The position numbers and the translations under genes are program-made. Under the pieces are notes generated by a model. The model saw only the letters and a program-made list of their open reading frames with translations, made no database searches and was not told the origin of the DNA. From positions 1-41,665 of the forward strand of contig CANQZV010000003.1 of NCBI GenBank assembly GCA_947628425.1: a stretch of 41,665 nt of DNA. Direction: 5' to 3'. This stretch comes from an uncultured Clostridia bacterium. GTDB lineage: Bacteria > Bacillota > Clostridia > TANB77 > CAG-508. Each line of letters starts with the position of its first letter. Position 1 is the stretch's first letter. Shown piece after piece: positions 31,439 to 41,365 of this stretch.

Positions 31439-31741
31439 ATGAAATTTTTAACTACTACAGGACTTATTATATATAGTAACTATTTTATAATATATTTATT
31501 AATAATAAATTTAATTGGAATACTTATAATGTATATAGATAAAAGAAAGGCAAAGTATGGAAAGTGGAGAATTCCTGAAAAAACTTTATTGATAATTGCA
31601 TTACTTGGAGGTTCAATTGGAACTATTATAGGAATGTATATATTTAGACACAAAACTAAAAAAATTAAATTTACATTAGGTTTTCCAACAATTTTAATAT
31701 CTGAAATAATTATAATTATTTATTTTTTATTGAAATATTAA
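31439..31741 (+). CDS. DUF1294 membrane protein
   Basis: DKRKA...WRIPEKTL...GGSIG...FRHKTKK. Confidence 0.9.
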   Translation: MKFLTTTGLIIYSNYFIIYLLIINLIGILIMYIDKRKAKYGKWRIPEKTLLIIALLGGSIGTIIGMYIFRHKTKKIKFTLGFPTILISEIIIIIYFLLKY

Positions 31742-31744
31742 AAA

Positions 31745-31778
31745 GTACCTGACTATTATATAGAAATAGTACAGGTAC
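31745..31778. terminator. Hairpin between convergent genes
   Basis: GTACCTG-ACTAT / ATAGT-A-CAGGTAC. Confidence 0.6.
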
Positions 31779-31792
31779 CGTAATAAACTTAA

Positions 31793-32653
31793 TTAACTAA
31801 TATTACCATATAAATTATTATCTATTAATAGTTTTGCTCTTTGTGCAGTTTTTTCATCAGAATTTAAAGCATTTTTTATAAATTCAGAGTGGCTTATTAA
31901 AAATTGTTTCATTGTTTCATCTGGATTTTCAAAAAAATCATCTAACATTTGTTTTTGAGTTTCATTTATAATATTCATGTCCAATGCTTTAGTAAATAAA
32001 TCTTTATTAACTTGTACTAAACTTAAAGGTAAAATTCCATTTTCTTTAAGTTTTTCTGTTCCACCCTGCATTCTATCTACTACAACACAAGACCAACACA
32101 TTTTTGCTCCAAAATTCTCAATTGCAGGAATCCATGCTCTTATATAACTAGAAGCAACTGTTATTAAATCTGCAACATGTAAAACTTTTTTACCTACTAT
32201 TTTATCTAAAGTTGTTGTATTATTAAATTTACTATCAGAAACAACAGCATTTAAGTTTTTGTAAATTGATATATGAGGTTTATCTAGTAAATAAGCAATA
32301 ATATTAGAAAAGAACCAATCTCTTCTTTCACCACCAGAAATATAATCAATATCTTCTATATTAATGTTTTCTTTTATTTTTGTTATCATTGTATCAATTA
32401 CATTTTTATATATTTGATTAGAATTGTATTGACTTAATACCTTTTCAAATACATTTTTAGGTAATGCTATTTTATCTGATAGTTGGCTATCTATAAAAGA
32501 TAATAGTTTCTTTGCATCTTCTTCATTTCCATAAACAAAATGTGTATTAATAAAATAAGGTCCTATTTTTCCAGAAGTATACCAAAAAGGTTTATTTTCT
32601 TCGCAAAATTTAATTGCATTTGTTTTAAATAAATATGAAATAATGTCTAACAT
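31793..32653 (-). CDS. pyrE: Orotate phosphoribosyltransferase-like protein (divergent)
   Basis: PFWYTSGKIGPYFIN, PRPP-loop-like VLHVADLITVASS, and VVDRMQGG. Confidence 0.65.
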   Translation of the reverse strand: MLDIISYLFKTNAIKFCEENKPFWYTSGKIGPYFINTHFVYGNEEDAKKLLSFIDSQLSDKIALPKNVFEKVLSQYNSNQIYKNVIDTMITKIKENINIEDIDYISGGERRDWFFSNIIAYLLDKPHISIYKNLNAVVSDSKFNNTTTLDKIVGKKVLHVADLITVASSYIRAWIPAIENFGAKMCWSCVVVDRMQGGTEKLKENGILPLSLVQVNKDLFTKALDMNIINETQKQMLDDFFENPDETMKQFLISHSEFIKNALNSDEKTAQRAKLLIDNNLYGNIS

Positions 32654-32877
32654 AAAAATACCTCCATTTTTTTATTTTAATAAAGTATATATCAAATTTT
32701 ATAAATTGTCTATAAAAAAATATCTGTAATTTGCATAAACATATATATTTCATATAAAAATGGTATTGCTAAATAATCATTTATAAATTCTAATACAGAA
32801 AATTGATTAATTTGTATGTTTATGTTATCATATTGTTGGATAAATTATAATTTATTTTAAAAAGGAAACTAAGTTAT

Positions 32878-33756
32878 ATGAATGGAATTTTATTAATAGA
32901 TAAACCGAAAGATTACACATCTCATGATATTGTAGCAATCGTAAAAAAATTGACAAATGAAAAAGTTGGCCATACTGGAACCTTAGATCCAAATGCCACA
33001 GGAGTGTTACCTTTATTAGTAGGAAAAGCAACACAAGTTTCTAAATATTTAATTAATCATAATAAAACATATATTGCTACTTTGAAGTTAGGTATAAAAA
33101 CTGACACAGCAGATAGTGAAGGGAAAATTATAGAAGAACAAGACATTTCAAAAATGTTAATTAAAGAAAAAAATATTATAGATGTGTTTAATTCTATCAT
33201 TGGAAAACAAAAACAGTTACCTCCTATATATTCTGCTGTAAAAGTAAATGGAAAAAAACTTTATGAATATGCAAGAGAGGGAAAAACAGTAGATATAAAA
33301 GAAAGAGATATTGAAATATATAATTTAGAATTATTAAATTTTAATATAGAAAAAAAAGAGATTGTTTTTAAAATTTCATGCTCTAAAGGAACATATATTA
33401 GATCTGTATGTGAAAAAATTGCATATTATTTACATACAATTGGATACATGAAAGAACTAAAAAGAATAGAAGTTGGAGAATTTAATATTAAAAATGCAAT
33501 TAATTTTAAAGAAATTAAGAATGATGTTAATAATTTAGAAAAAAAACTAATTCCTATAGAAAAAATATTTGAAGAAAAAGAAAAAATTGAATTATCTAAT
33601 AAAGAACTTAATTTATTTTTAAATGGTGTGAGATTAAAAAAAGACTTTTGTGATAACGTATATAGAATATATTATAATAATAAATTTATAGGATTAGGAA
33701 TTATTAAAAATAAATTATTAAAAAGAGATATAATTATTGAAATACAAGAAAAATAA
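32878..33756 (+). CDS. truB: tRNA pseudouridine(55) synthase
   Basis: DKP..TSHD, GHTGTLDP.ATG, PPIYSAVKVNGKKLY and CSKGTYIRS motifs. Confidence 0.97.
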   Translation: MNGILLIDKPKDYTSHDIVAIVKKLTNEKVGHTGTLDPNATGVLPLLVGKATQVSKYLINHNKTYIATLKLGIKTDTADSEGKIIEEQDISKMLIKEKNIIDVFNSIIGKQKQLPPIYSAVKVNGKKLYEYAREGKTVDIKERDIEIYNLELLNFNIEKKEIVFKISCSKGTYIRSVCEKIAYYLHTIGYMKELKRIEVGEFNIKNAINFKEIKNDVNNLEKKLIPIEKIFEEKEKIELSNKELNLFLNGVRLKKDFCDNVYRIYYNNKFIGLGIIKNKLLKRDIIIEIQEK

Positions 33757-33814
33757 TGCTATACTTACTTGAATAAAATAGTTATATTATTAAAAGAAAG
33801 GATGAGATATTAAA

Positions 33815-34981
33815 ATGAATGAAGTTAAAATTACAGATAATGTAAAGTTTATAGGAGTTAACGATAGAGATATTGATATATTTGAAGGTCAATATATTGT
33901 TCCAAAAGGAATGTCTTATAATTCTTATTTAATTAAAGGCGAAAAAAATATAGTAATGGATACTGTAGATCTAAGAGCATCAAAAGAATGGATGGCAAAC
34001 CTAGAAAGAGAACTTTCAGGAGAAATGGTTGATTATTTAGTAATTTCTCATTTAGAGCCAGATCATTCTTATAATATTCAAGCATTAGCAGATAAATACC
34101 CAGAAATGAAAATTATTAGTAATTCAAAGACCTTTGAATTATTACCTCAATTCTTTAATATAGAAAACATAGAAAACAGAAAGATAGTAGTAAAAGAAGC
34201 GGAAGAATTACAAATAGGAAATAGTACTTTGCAATTTTTTATGGCTCCAATGGTACATTGGCCAGAGGTAATGGTGACTTATTTGAAAGATCAAAAAATA
34301 GTTTTTGCAGCAGATGGGTTTGGAAAGTTTGGAACTATAGATGCAGATGAAGAATGGACTTGTGAAGCAAGAAGATATTACTTTAATATTGTAGGAAAAT
34401 ATGGGGCACAGGTACAAGCTTTACTAAAAAAACTAGCAACGTTAGATGTGGAAATAATTTGTCCTTTACATGGACCAATTTTAAAGGAAAATTTACCATA
34501 TTATATTAATAAATACGATATATGGAGTAGCTATAAACCTGAAGATGAAGGAATTTTAGTTGCATATGCATCTATTCATGGTAATACTAAAGTAGCAGTA
34601 GAAAAATTAGCAGAATTAATAAAAGAAAAAACAAACCAAAAAGTAGTTTTAACTAATTTAGTAAGGGAAGATATGGCTGAAGCAGTAGAAGACGCTTTTA
34701 GATATGATAAAATGATTGTTGCAGCTTCAAGCTATAATGCAGAACTATTTCCACCTATGGAACACTTTTTAAATCACTTAAAAAGTAAAAATTATCAAAA
34801 TAGAAAAGTTGCAATTATAGAAAATGGAACATGGGCACCATCAGCAGCAAGATGTATGAAAGAAATTCTAAGTAAAATGAAAAATATAGAAATATGTGAC
34901 ACCATTGTTACAATTAAAACAAGAATGAAAGAAGAAAACTTAAATGATATGAATAAAATGCTTGATGAATTAATTGATTAA
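33815..34981 (+). CDS. fprA: FprA-family flavodiiron protein
   Basis: YNSYLI, HLEPDH, HWPE, DGFG, PLHG and flavodoxin YASIHGNT motifs. Confidence 0.9.
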   Translation: MNEVKITDNVKFIGVNDRDIDIFEGQYIVPKGMSYNSYLIKGEKNIVMDTVDLRASKEWMANLERELSGEMVDYLVISHLEPDHSYNIQALADKYPEMKIISNSKTFELLPQFFNIENIENRKIVVKEAEELQIGNSTLQFFMAPMVHWPEVMVTYLKDQKIVFAADGFGKFGTIDADEEWTCEARRYYFNIVGKYGAQVQALLKKLATLDVEIICPLHGPILKENLPYYINKYDIWSSYKPEDEGILVAYASIHGNTKVAVEKLAELIKEKTNQKVVLTNLVREDMAEAVEDAFRYDKMIVAASSYNAELFPPMEHFLNHLKSKNYQNRKVAIIENGTWAPSAARCMKEILSKMKNIEICDTIVTIKTRMKEENLNDMNKMLDELID

Positions 34982-35018
34982 AATTTTATAAAAAATAATA
35001 ATGAAAATGGTTTGAAAA

Positions 35019-35570
35019 TTAATTAAATATTTTATCAAACCATTTTTTCATATTTAATAATAATTCATCTAATGAATAAGTACTTTCATTTCTAAAATAT
35101 TTTATAACTTCCATTAATATTCCATTCATAAAAAATGAAATATTAAGCTCAAGATATTTATCCATATATTCAGTTTTTAAAGCATCATAGATTTTTTGGC
35201 TAGCAATTTTTTTCAATTTTTCTAAAAATAAAAGTGATTCATCAGCAGATAATAATAACTTATATGTTTTTTCATTATTTTTTAAACATTGTATAATGTT
35301 ATCAAAATAATCTTTAATGTCCTCTTTTGAATATAATTTTAAATCTTGGCTACATAAAAGTTCAATTGTTTGTAATTGATAGTCATGAGCTACTTCATAT
35401 ATATTATCATAATGTGTGTAAAATGTGCTTCTAGTTAATTTTGCTTTTTGTACCAATTCTGTAACGGTTATTTTATCTAATTGTTTTTTCTCATTAATTA
35501 ATTCTGCAAAAGTTTTTTTAATTAAATTTCTTGTTTTAATTGAAGAAGAATTTAGACATTGTACTTTCAT
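35019..35570 (-). CDS. TetR/AcrR-family regulator
   Basis: HTH ITVTELVQKAKLTRSTFYTHY; divergent from the MMPL gene. Confidence 0.9.
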   Translation of the reverse strand: MKVQCLNSSSIKTRNLIKKTFAELINEKKQLDKITVTELVQKAKLTRSTFYTHYDNIYEVAHDYQLQTIELLCSQDLKLYSKEDIKDYFDNIIQCLKNNEKTYKLLLSADESLLFLEKLKKIASQKIYDALKTEYMDKYLELNISFFMNGILMEVIKYFRNESTYSLDELLLNMKKWFDKIFN

Positions 35571-35635
35571 AATTTAATCCTTTCTATAAAAAAACAATAT
35601 ATAAAACATTATATCATAGTATTATTAAAATAAAA

Positions 35636-35683
35636 AGACAATTTTAATAAATGTGTCTAAATTTAGACATTTTTATTATGTTT
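35636..35683. promoter_or_regulatory. Putative TetR operator(s)
   Basis: Perfect 16-bp palindrome TGTCTAAA/TTTAGACA (35654-35669), overlapping AGACA..TGTCT and AGACA..TGTTT dyads in the divergent promoter region. Confidence 0.6.
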
Positions 35684-35750
35684 ATACTTTTATTAGAATA
35701 AAAATAATAGTATAATATAACATAGATTAAAACGGAAGGAAGTATTTACT

Positions 35751-38700
35751 TTGAAAAAATTTACAGATTTCATAATAAATAAGAGATATTTAATTTTAGT
35801 TTTATTTATAATTCTTACAATAATTTCAGCTGTATTATCATCAAAAGTAAAAATTAATTATGATATAGCTGAGTATTTGCCGGATACATCAGAAACAAGA
35901 ATCGGTTTGAATATTATGGAAAACGAATTTTCAGGAACCGAAACAAGTACATTAAATTTAATGTTTGAAAATCTAGTAAATGAAGAAAAAATAGAGATAA
36001 AAAGCTATTTAGAATCAATAGATGGTGTAAAAAGTGTAGACCATGATAATACAGAAAATTATAACAAAGAAAAATATACGTTATATGTTATTACAGTAGA
36101 TGATAAATCAGATTCACAAAAAGCACGTGATATATATAATCAAATAATAGAAAAATTTAAAGATTATACTATTTATACAAGTGGAAGTGTATCTGAATGT
36201 AATAAATCAGTATTACCACTTTGGATTATCGTTCTTGCAGTATTAAGTGCTTTAGTTATTTTACTTATAATGTGTGAATCTTATGTTGAACCATTTCTAT
36301 TTCTAACATCAATTTTAATGGCAGTTGTTTTAAATAAAGGAACTAATATTATATTTCATAATGTATCGAATATTACAAATTCAATAGCAGCAATATTGCA
36401 AATGGCATTATCAATGGATTATTCAATAATGTTAATGAATAGATATGATCAGGAAAAGAAAAATGAAAAAGATAATATAAAAGCAATGAAAAATGCTTTA
36501 TATAAAGCATTTAAAGCAATATCAAGTAGTTCTGTTACAACAATAGTTGGACTTTTAGCATTAGTTTTTATGAGTTTTAAAATTGGAAAAGATTTAGGAT
36601 TTGTTTTAGCAAAAGGTGTAATGTTTAGCTTAATTTGTATTTTCTTCGTACTTCCAGCTTTAATATTAATATTTGATAAGTATATAGTAAAAACTAAAAA
36701 GAAAAGTCCTAGTTTTAAATTAGATAATTTAGGAAAATTTAGTTATAAAATAAAATATGTTGCAGTTCCATTATTTCTTATAGTATTTATTACAAGTTTT
36801 ATACTAAAAGGAAATTTAGGAATTGATTATACAGATACTCAATCAGATGAAATAAGTGAAGTATTTGATGAAAATAACCAAATGGCTATTATATATAAAA
36901 ATAAGGATGAAGAACAAATTTCAAAATATTTAAAAAAATTTGAAAATGAAGAAAAAATAGATGAGGTACTAGCATATGGTAATACAATAAATGAAAAACT
37001 AACTTTTGATAAATTAAATGATAAATTAAATGATTTAGGTTCAGATGTTAATGTAGAAGATTACTTATTAAAAATATTATATTATGATTATTATAATCAA
37101 AATATAAGTAATGCTATGACATTTGATAATTTTATTAACTTCATTGAAGAAGAAGCATATAACAACGAAAAAGCAAATAAAAAAATTAACGATAAAGTAA
37201 AAAGAGATATTAATAGATTAAAAAACTTTGTTACAATTGAATCTATGAATAAAAAAATGACATCAAAAGATATAGCAACTATATTAGAAATAGATAAAAA
37301 CAAAATAGATGATATTCTTATTTATTATCTTTCTAAAAACAATAATACACAAATAAATTTAAATAAATTTATTAATTTTATGAATAAAGATGTTTTAACA
37401 AATAAAAAATATGCAACTAAAATTAATTCAGAAAATAAAGCTAGGTTGAACACTTTATCAAAATTTGTAGATAAACAAATAATACAAAAAAGAATGACAA
37501 GTAATCAAATGGCGAAAATTTTTGAAATTGATAATAATACAATGAGTGAATTGTACAAATATTACATTAATGTGAATGATATTAATGTAAAAATGACTGT
37601 TTCAGAATTTTCAAATTTTGTATTAAATTATGTTGTAAATAATAGTAATTATGCAAACAATTTTGACGAACAAACAGTACAACAAATAAAATTACTTTCA
37701 ACATTTAGTAATATACAGTTAATTAATAAACAAATTGGTTCTAAAGAAATATCTAATTTGTTTGGTATTGATGAAAATGATGTTAACCAAATTTTACTTT
37801 TAAAATATATAAAAGAGGAAAATAAAAATAAATATACAATATTAGAATTTATAAAAAATATAAGTTATATTAAAACTAATACACATTATTTAGACGAAAT
37901 AGACACAACTGCATTTGATGAATTACTTAAAAATACAGATTTACTTAATGATAAAAATAAGTATACAGCTTTTGATATGTCAAAAATATTAAAAGTTAAT
38001 ATAAGTCAAATGAATCAGTTATATACTTTAATTGATTATAATACTGGTAACATAAATAAATGGACGGCTTCACCAAATGAATTTGTAAAATTAATATTAA
38101 ATAATAACCAAATGGAAGAAATAAAAAACAATATTAATCAAACAACAATGAAGCAATTACAGTTATTATCTATTGTTATGAAAAGTAGTAATAACAATAT
38201 AAATTATACTTATAAAGAACTTTCTCAAATTATAGGTATAGATAGTAACAATATAAAAAATATATATACTTTATATGTATCAAATCAAAATAAAACAAGA
38301 ATAACACCACAAGAATTTGCGAATTTTATACTTACACACAAAAATGATAGTGCGCTTGCAAATAATATAACAAAAAAAACTATTAATGATTTAAAACTAG
38401 TTCAATCAGTTATGAAAGGAGTTATGAATAATAAAAAATATAATAGTAATGAATTATCTATGCTATTAGGTATAGATAAAGAAGACACAGATTTGCTTTA
38501 TGGTTTATATAATTCAAAATATATTAATAATAATCCAAGTATATCTTTGAAAGAGTTTGTTAATTTTTTACTTAAAGATGTGTCACAAAATAGAGAATAT
38601 TCAAATAATTTTACGAAAGAGCAGATATCAAAATTAAATACTGTAAATGGTATTATGAATGCTACAATAAATAATACTAAATATACTGCAGATGAAATAT

Positions 38701-39647
38701 TTGTAATTATTAGTAAATTAAGTAATGATGTAGAAAAAAATACAGTGAAAATGCTTTATACATATTATGGGAGTGATAAGCAATATAACAATAAATGGAA
38801 AATGACTGTAGAAGAATTTGTATTTTTTTTAAATAATAATATTTTACAAGATGAACGCTTTACAGACTTTATAGATGATGATATGAAAAATAATATAGTT
38901 GAAGCAAAAACAACAATAGAGGATGCAAAAAAACTATTAATAGGTAATGATTATTCAAGAATAATTTTAAATACAAAATTTGCTTCAGAAAAACCAGAAA
39001 CATTTGAATTTATTAAAAATATAAAAGATATGTTGGGAAAAGAGTTTGAAGATTTTTATATAATAGGTGATTCTCCTATGGCATATGAAATTAGCCAAAC
39101 TTTTGATAATGAATTAAATTTAATAACAATAATAACAATGGTAGCAATATTTATAGTAGTAGCATTTACATTCAAATCAATAACAATACCTTTAATATTA
39201 GTATTAATAATTCAGACAGCAGTTTACTTAACAATGGGAATATTATCAATTATAGGGGAGAATGTTTATTTTATTTCAATACTTATTGTTCAAAGTATAC
39301 TAATGGGTGCAACTATTGATTATGCTATTTTATATACATCGTATTATCTTGAACATAGAAAAAATAAAAATATAAAAGAGTCAATTATAAATTCGTATAA
39401 TAAGTCAATATATACGATACTAACTTCAAGCTTAATACTTATTATTGTAACCTTAATAATTGCAAATTTCACATCAGCAATTGCAGCAAAAATATGTAAA
39501 ACAATTTCAGAAGGTACATTATGTTCTACAATTTTAATATTAACACTATTACCAGCAGTTTTAGCTTTTTGTGATAAATTAATAGTAAAAAAGGATTATA
39601 GAAATGCACGAAAAAACGAAAATGAAGATAGAAATAGGGAGGAGTAG
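35751..39647 (+). CDS. MMPL/RND-family transporter with a long repeat-containing extracytoplasmic insert
   Basis: Two MMPL TM bundles (LQMALSMDYSI..., MGATIDYAI...), YLP..SET near the N-terminus; TTG start after GGAAGGA. Confidence 0.88.
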   Translation: MKKFTDFIINKRYLILVLFIILTIISAVLSSKVKINYDIAEYLPDTSETRIGLNIMENEFSGTETSTLNLMFENLVNEEKIEIKSYLESIDGVKSVDHDNTENYNKEKYTLYVITVDDKSDSQKARDIYNQIIEKFKDYTIYTSGSVSECNKSVLPLWIIVLAVLSALVILLIMCESYVEPFLFLTSILMAVVLNKGTNIIFHNVSNITNSIAAILQMALSMDYSIMLMNRYDQEKKNEKDNIKAMKNALYKAFKAISSSSVTTIVGLLALVFMSFKIGKDLGFVLAKGVMFSLICIFFVLPALILIFDKYIVKTKKKSPSFKLDNLGKFSYKIKYVAVPLFLIVFITSFILKGNLGIDYTDTQSDEISEVFDENNQMAIIYKNKDEEQISKYLKKFENEEKIDEVLAYGNTINEKLTFDKLNDKLNDLGSDVNVEDYLLKILYYDYYNQNISNAMTFDNFINFIEEEAYNNEKANKKINDKVKRDINRLKNFVTIESMNKKMTSKDIATILEIDKNKIDDILIYYLSKNNNTQINLNKFINFMNKDVLTNKKYATKINSENKARLNTLSKFVDKQIIQKRMTSNQMAKIFEIDNNTMSELYKYYINVNDINVKMTVSEFSNFVLNYVVNNSNYANNFDEQTVQQIKLLSTFSNIQLINKQIGSKEISNLFGIDENDVNQILLLKYIKEENKNKYTILEFIKNISYIKTNTHYLDEIDTTAFDELLKNTDLLNDKNKYTAFDMSKILKVNISQMNQLYTLIDYNTGNINKWTASPNEFVKLILNNNQMEEIKNNINQTTMKQLQLLSIVMKSSNNNINYTYKELSQIIGIDSNNIKNIYTLYVSNQNKTRITPQEFANFILTHKNDSALANNITKKTINDLKLVQSVMKGVMNNKKYNSNELSMLLGIDKEDTDLLYGLYNSKYINNNPSISLKEFVNFLLKDVSQNREYSNNFTKEQISKLNTVNGIMNATINNTKYTADEIFVIISKLSNDVEKNTVKMLYTYYGSDKQYNNKWKMTVEEFVFFLNNNILQDERFTDFIDDDMKNNIVEAKTTIEDAKKLLIGNDYSRIILNTKFASEKPETFEFIKNIKDMLGKEFEDFYIIGDSPMAYEISQTFDNELNLITIITMVAIFIVVAFTFKSITIPLILVLIIQTAVYLTMGILSIIGENVYFISILIVQSILMGATIDYAILYTSYYLEHRKNKNIKESIINSYNKSIYTILTSSLILIIVTLIIANFTSAIAAKICKTISEGTLCSTILILTLLPAVLAFCDKLIVKKDYRNARKNENEDRNREE
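37110..38890 (+). repeat. About eight degenerate ~80-aa repeats within the MMPL protein
   Basis: Units begin MTFDNFINFI, INLNKFINFM, MTVSEFSNFV, YTILEFIKNI, ASPNEFVKLI, ITPQEFANFI, ISLKEFVNFL and MTVEEFVFFL at ~240-nt spacing; most contain a K-M/Y-T-x-x-E/D-hydrophobic-S/A..(G/E)ID...LY..Y segment. Confidence 0.75.
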
Positions 39648-39769
39648 AGAAGTTTTTTTTCCATAAAAAATAGCACTAATAAATGTGTGCAACGATTTTA
39701 CTTAATGGAGCGATTAAGGAGGTTATTTGCGAAAATTTTTCCTCCCTCATTAGCTCAAAAAATATTTCG
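39636..39769. repeat. Structured intergenic element (copy A)
   Basis: Bounded by AGGGAGGA (39636-43) and TCCTCCCT (39740-47); AATTTTTCCTCCCT (39734-47) is the exact reverse complement of 41284-41297. Confidence 0.45.
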
Positions 39770-39804
39770 ATTAATCAACTGATAAAATTAGTATAGCATA
39801 AAAT

Positions 39805-39850
39805 AAAAAAGCTGGCAACTAATTATTTCTAATTAGTTACCTCCCACAGC
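39805..39850 (-). terminator. Terminator for the 39913-41091 gene
   Basis: Minus strand reads GCTG..GTAACTAATTA-gaaa-TAATTAGTTGC-CAGC followed by TTTTTT. Confidence 0.55.
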
Positions 39851-39912
39851 AATCTTACTAGATTACTTTCTATAATATTAGAATACTATATTTTACGCAT
39901 AGAGTCAATGTT

Positions 39913-41091
39913 TTATAATTTTTGTTTTATTTCCATATTCAGTTTATTTTTATTAATTATATAATGTGTTGATGTCAGTTGATATATTACTGAAACAGCT
40001 AAGCCTATAGATGTACAAAATGGAGATGGTAAAAAAGAGCAGAAAATTCTAAGTATATTTGCAATTTGTTTACTTATTGTAGCCTTTATAGCAGAATATT
40101 CAAGTTGTATATAAGTTAACTTAGTTATGTATATTGGATACATATATAAAGATACCAGTTCAACTATTACTATAAATAATGTAGCTGTTATATCTGTTTT
40201 ATAACTTGGATATAGGACTATTCCCATAATAAGAGTAGATATAATCAATAAACATATTAATTTTCTACTATTTATCATATGTTCCTTATATGAAAAATCT
40301 TTTTTAGCAATATCAATTTGTGCTACAGTTTTTATTGCATAAGATATATCCCATTGTGTATCTGTTATTAAAGTTGCAAATGAAGTAGCTAAAATATATT
40401 TTTCTCCAAAATTAAAAGAATTTTTAAATCCAAATAAATATATAATAAACATACTTATTTCTGCAAATAAATGTACTGAATCGTATTTTATACAATTAAT
40501 TAAATTAATTTCAAATTTTGTTTTCTTAACTATCCTAAACATCATAATTATAACAAAAATAGTCGTAAATATTATTGAAATAGTTGCTATTATCACTTGA
40601 TTTTTTGTTACAATACTCATGATTATTAATGTACAAAAGTTTATTATATTAAAACAAAAACTATATTTATTGGCTCTTTTATTATCATTCTCATAATATA
40701 ATTTGCATAAAGATAAATTTAATAACAACTGTAAAAGCATTTGAAATACTGCATAAATTGCAAATATTCTATATATTTGTATATCCATATTCATAAAAGA
40801 TATATACTTATCTATATTTAATGCAACTGTTCCAAGTATTAATATTCCTAAAATTGATCCTAAAAGAACACCTGAAAAAATACTATTTTTATTATTATCT
40901 CTAATAGCACTAATATTAGCACCAGTTCCAAATATACTGTGTATACTACTTATAACAAACTGCATTGGATATATGAGAGAAAATATATTAATTAAATTTT
41001 TATCTACTAAAATTCCAAGTAAAAACCATCCCAATATGGGTGTTATCGATGTCAGTAAGGTATCAAAACTTATTCGTAATAATCTATTCAT
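39913..41091 (-). CDS. Multi-pass membrane protein, possibly MATE/MOP-like
   Basis: 392 aa, about 10-12 hydrophobic segments; FSLIYPMQF...IFGTGANI resembles a MATE N-lobe; weak assignment. Confidence 0.55.
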   Translation of the reverse strand: MNRLLRISFDTLLTSITPILGWFLLGILVDKNLINIFSLIYPMQFVISSIHSIFGTGANISAIRDNNKNSIFSGVLLGSILGILILGTVALNIDKYISFMNMDIQIYRIFAIYAVFQMLLQLLLNLSLCKLYYENDNKRANKYSFCFNIINFCTLIIMSIVTKNQVIIATISIIFTTIFVIIMMFRIVKKTKFEINLINCIKYDSVHLFAEISMFIIYLFGFKNSFNFGEKYILATSFATLITDTQWDISYAIKTVAQIDIAKKDFSYKEHMINSRKLICLLIISTLIMGIVLYPSYKTDITATLFIVIVELVSLYMYPIYITKLTYIQLEYSAIKATISKQIANILRIFCSFLPSPFCTSIGLAVSVIYQLTSTHYIINKNKLNMEIKQKL

Positions 41092-41246
41092 TTCTTTTTC
41101 CTTTTTCTTTTATATATAGTTTTATATTTGTTTCATTTATTATAATATTTTTTATTAATTCATCAAACACTGTTTGACGAATTTAAGTATATCATAATTT
41201 TTCCATTTTTTCATTAAATTCACAAAATATCTACAAATTATTTCTT

Positions 41247-41355
41247 AGGGTTTGGGAGTTGTCACATAAACCGAATTTTGACTAGGGAGGAAAAATTCAA
41301 TGCTTGATAGAGTACCAGCGGGAGTACAAAAATCATTTCAAGCAGAATTTTTCCT
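41247..41355. repeat. GC-enriched structured intergenic element (copy B; REP/MITE-like or ncRNA)
   Basis: Nested inverted repeats AGGAAAAATTC/GAATTTTTCCT (41288-98 / 41345-55), TGCTTGA/TCAAGCA and GTAC/GTAC, plus a GGTTT..AAACC hairpin. Confidence 0.55.
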
Positions 41356-41365
41356 GTTACTTTTT

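Noticed and set aside
6616-37303. Short antisense or overlapping ORFs (e.g. 6616, 8298, 9126, 10519, 13860, 15930, 16785, 20165, 26485, 37097)
   Set aside because: They lie opposite or within well-supported genes and carry no recognisable motifs.
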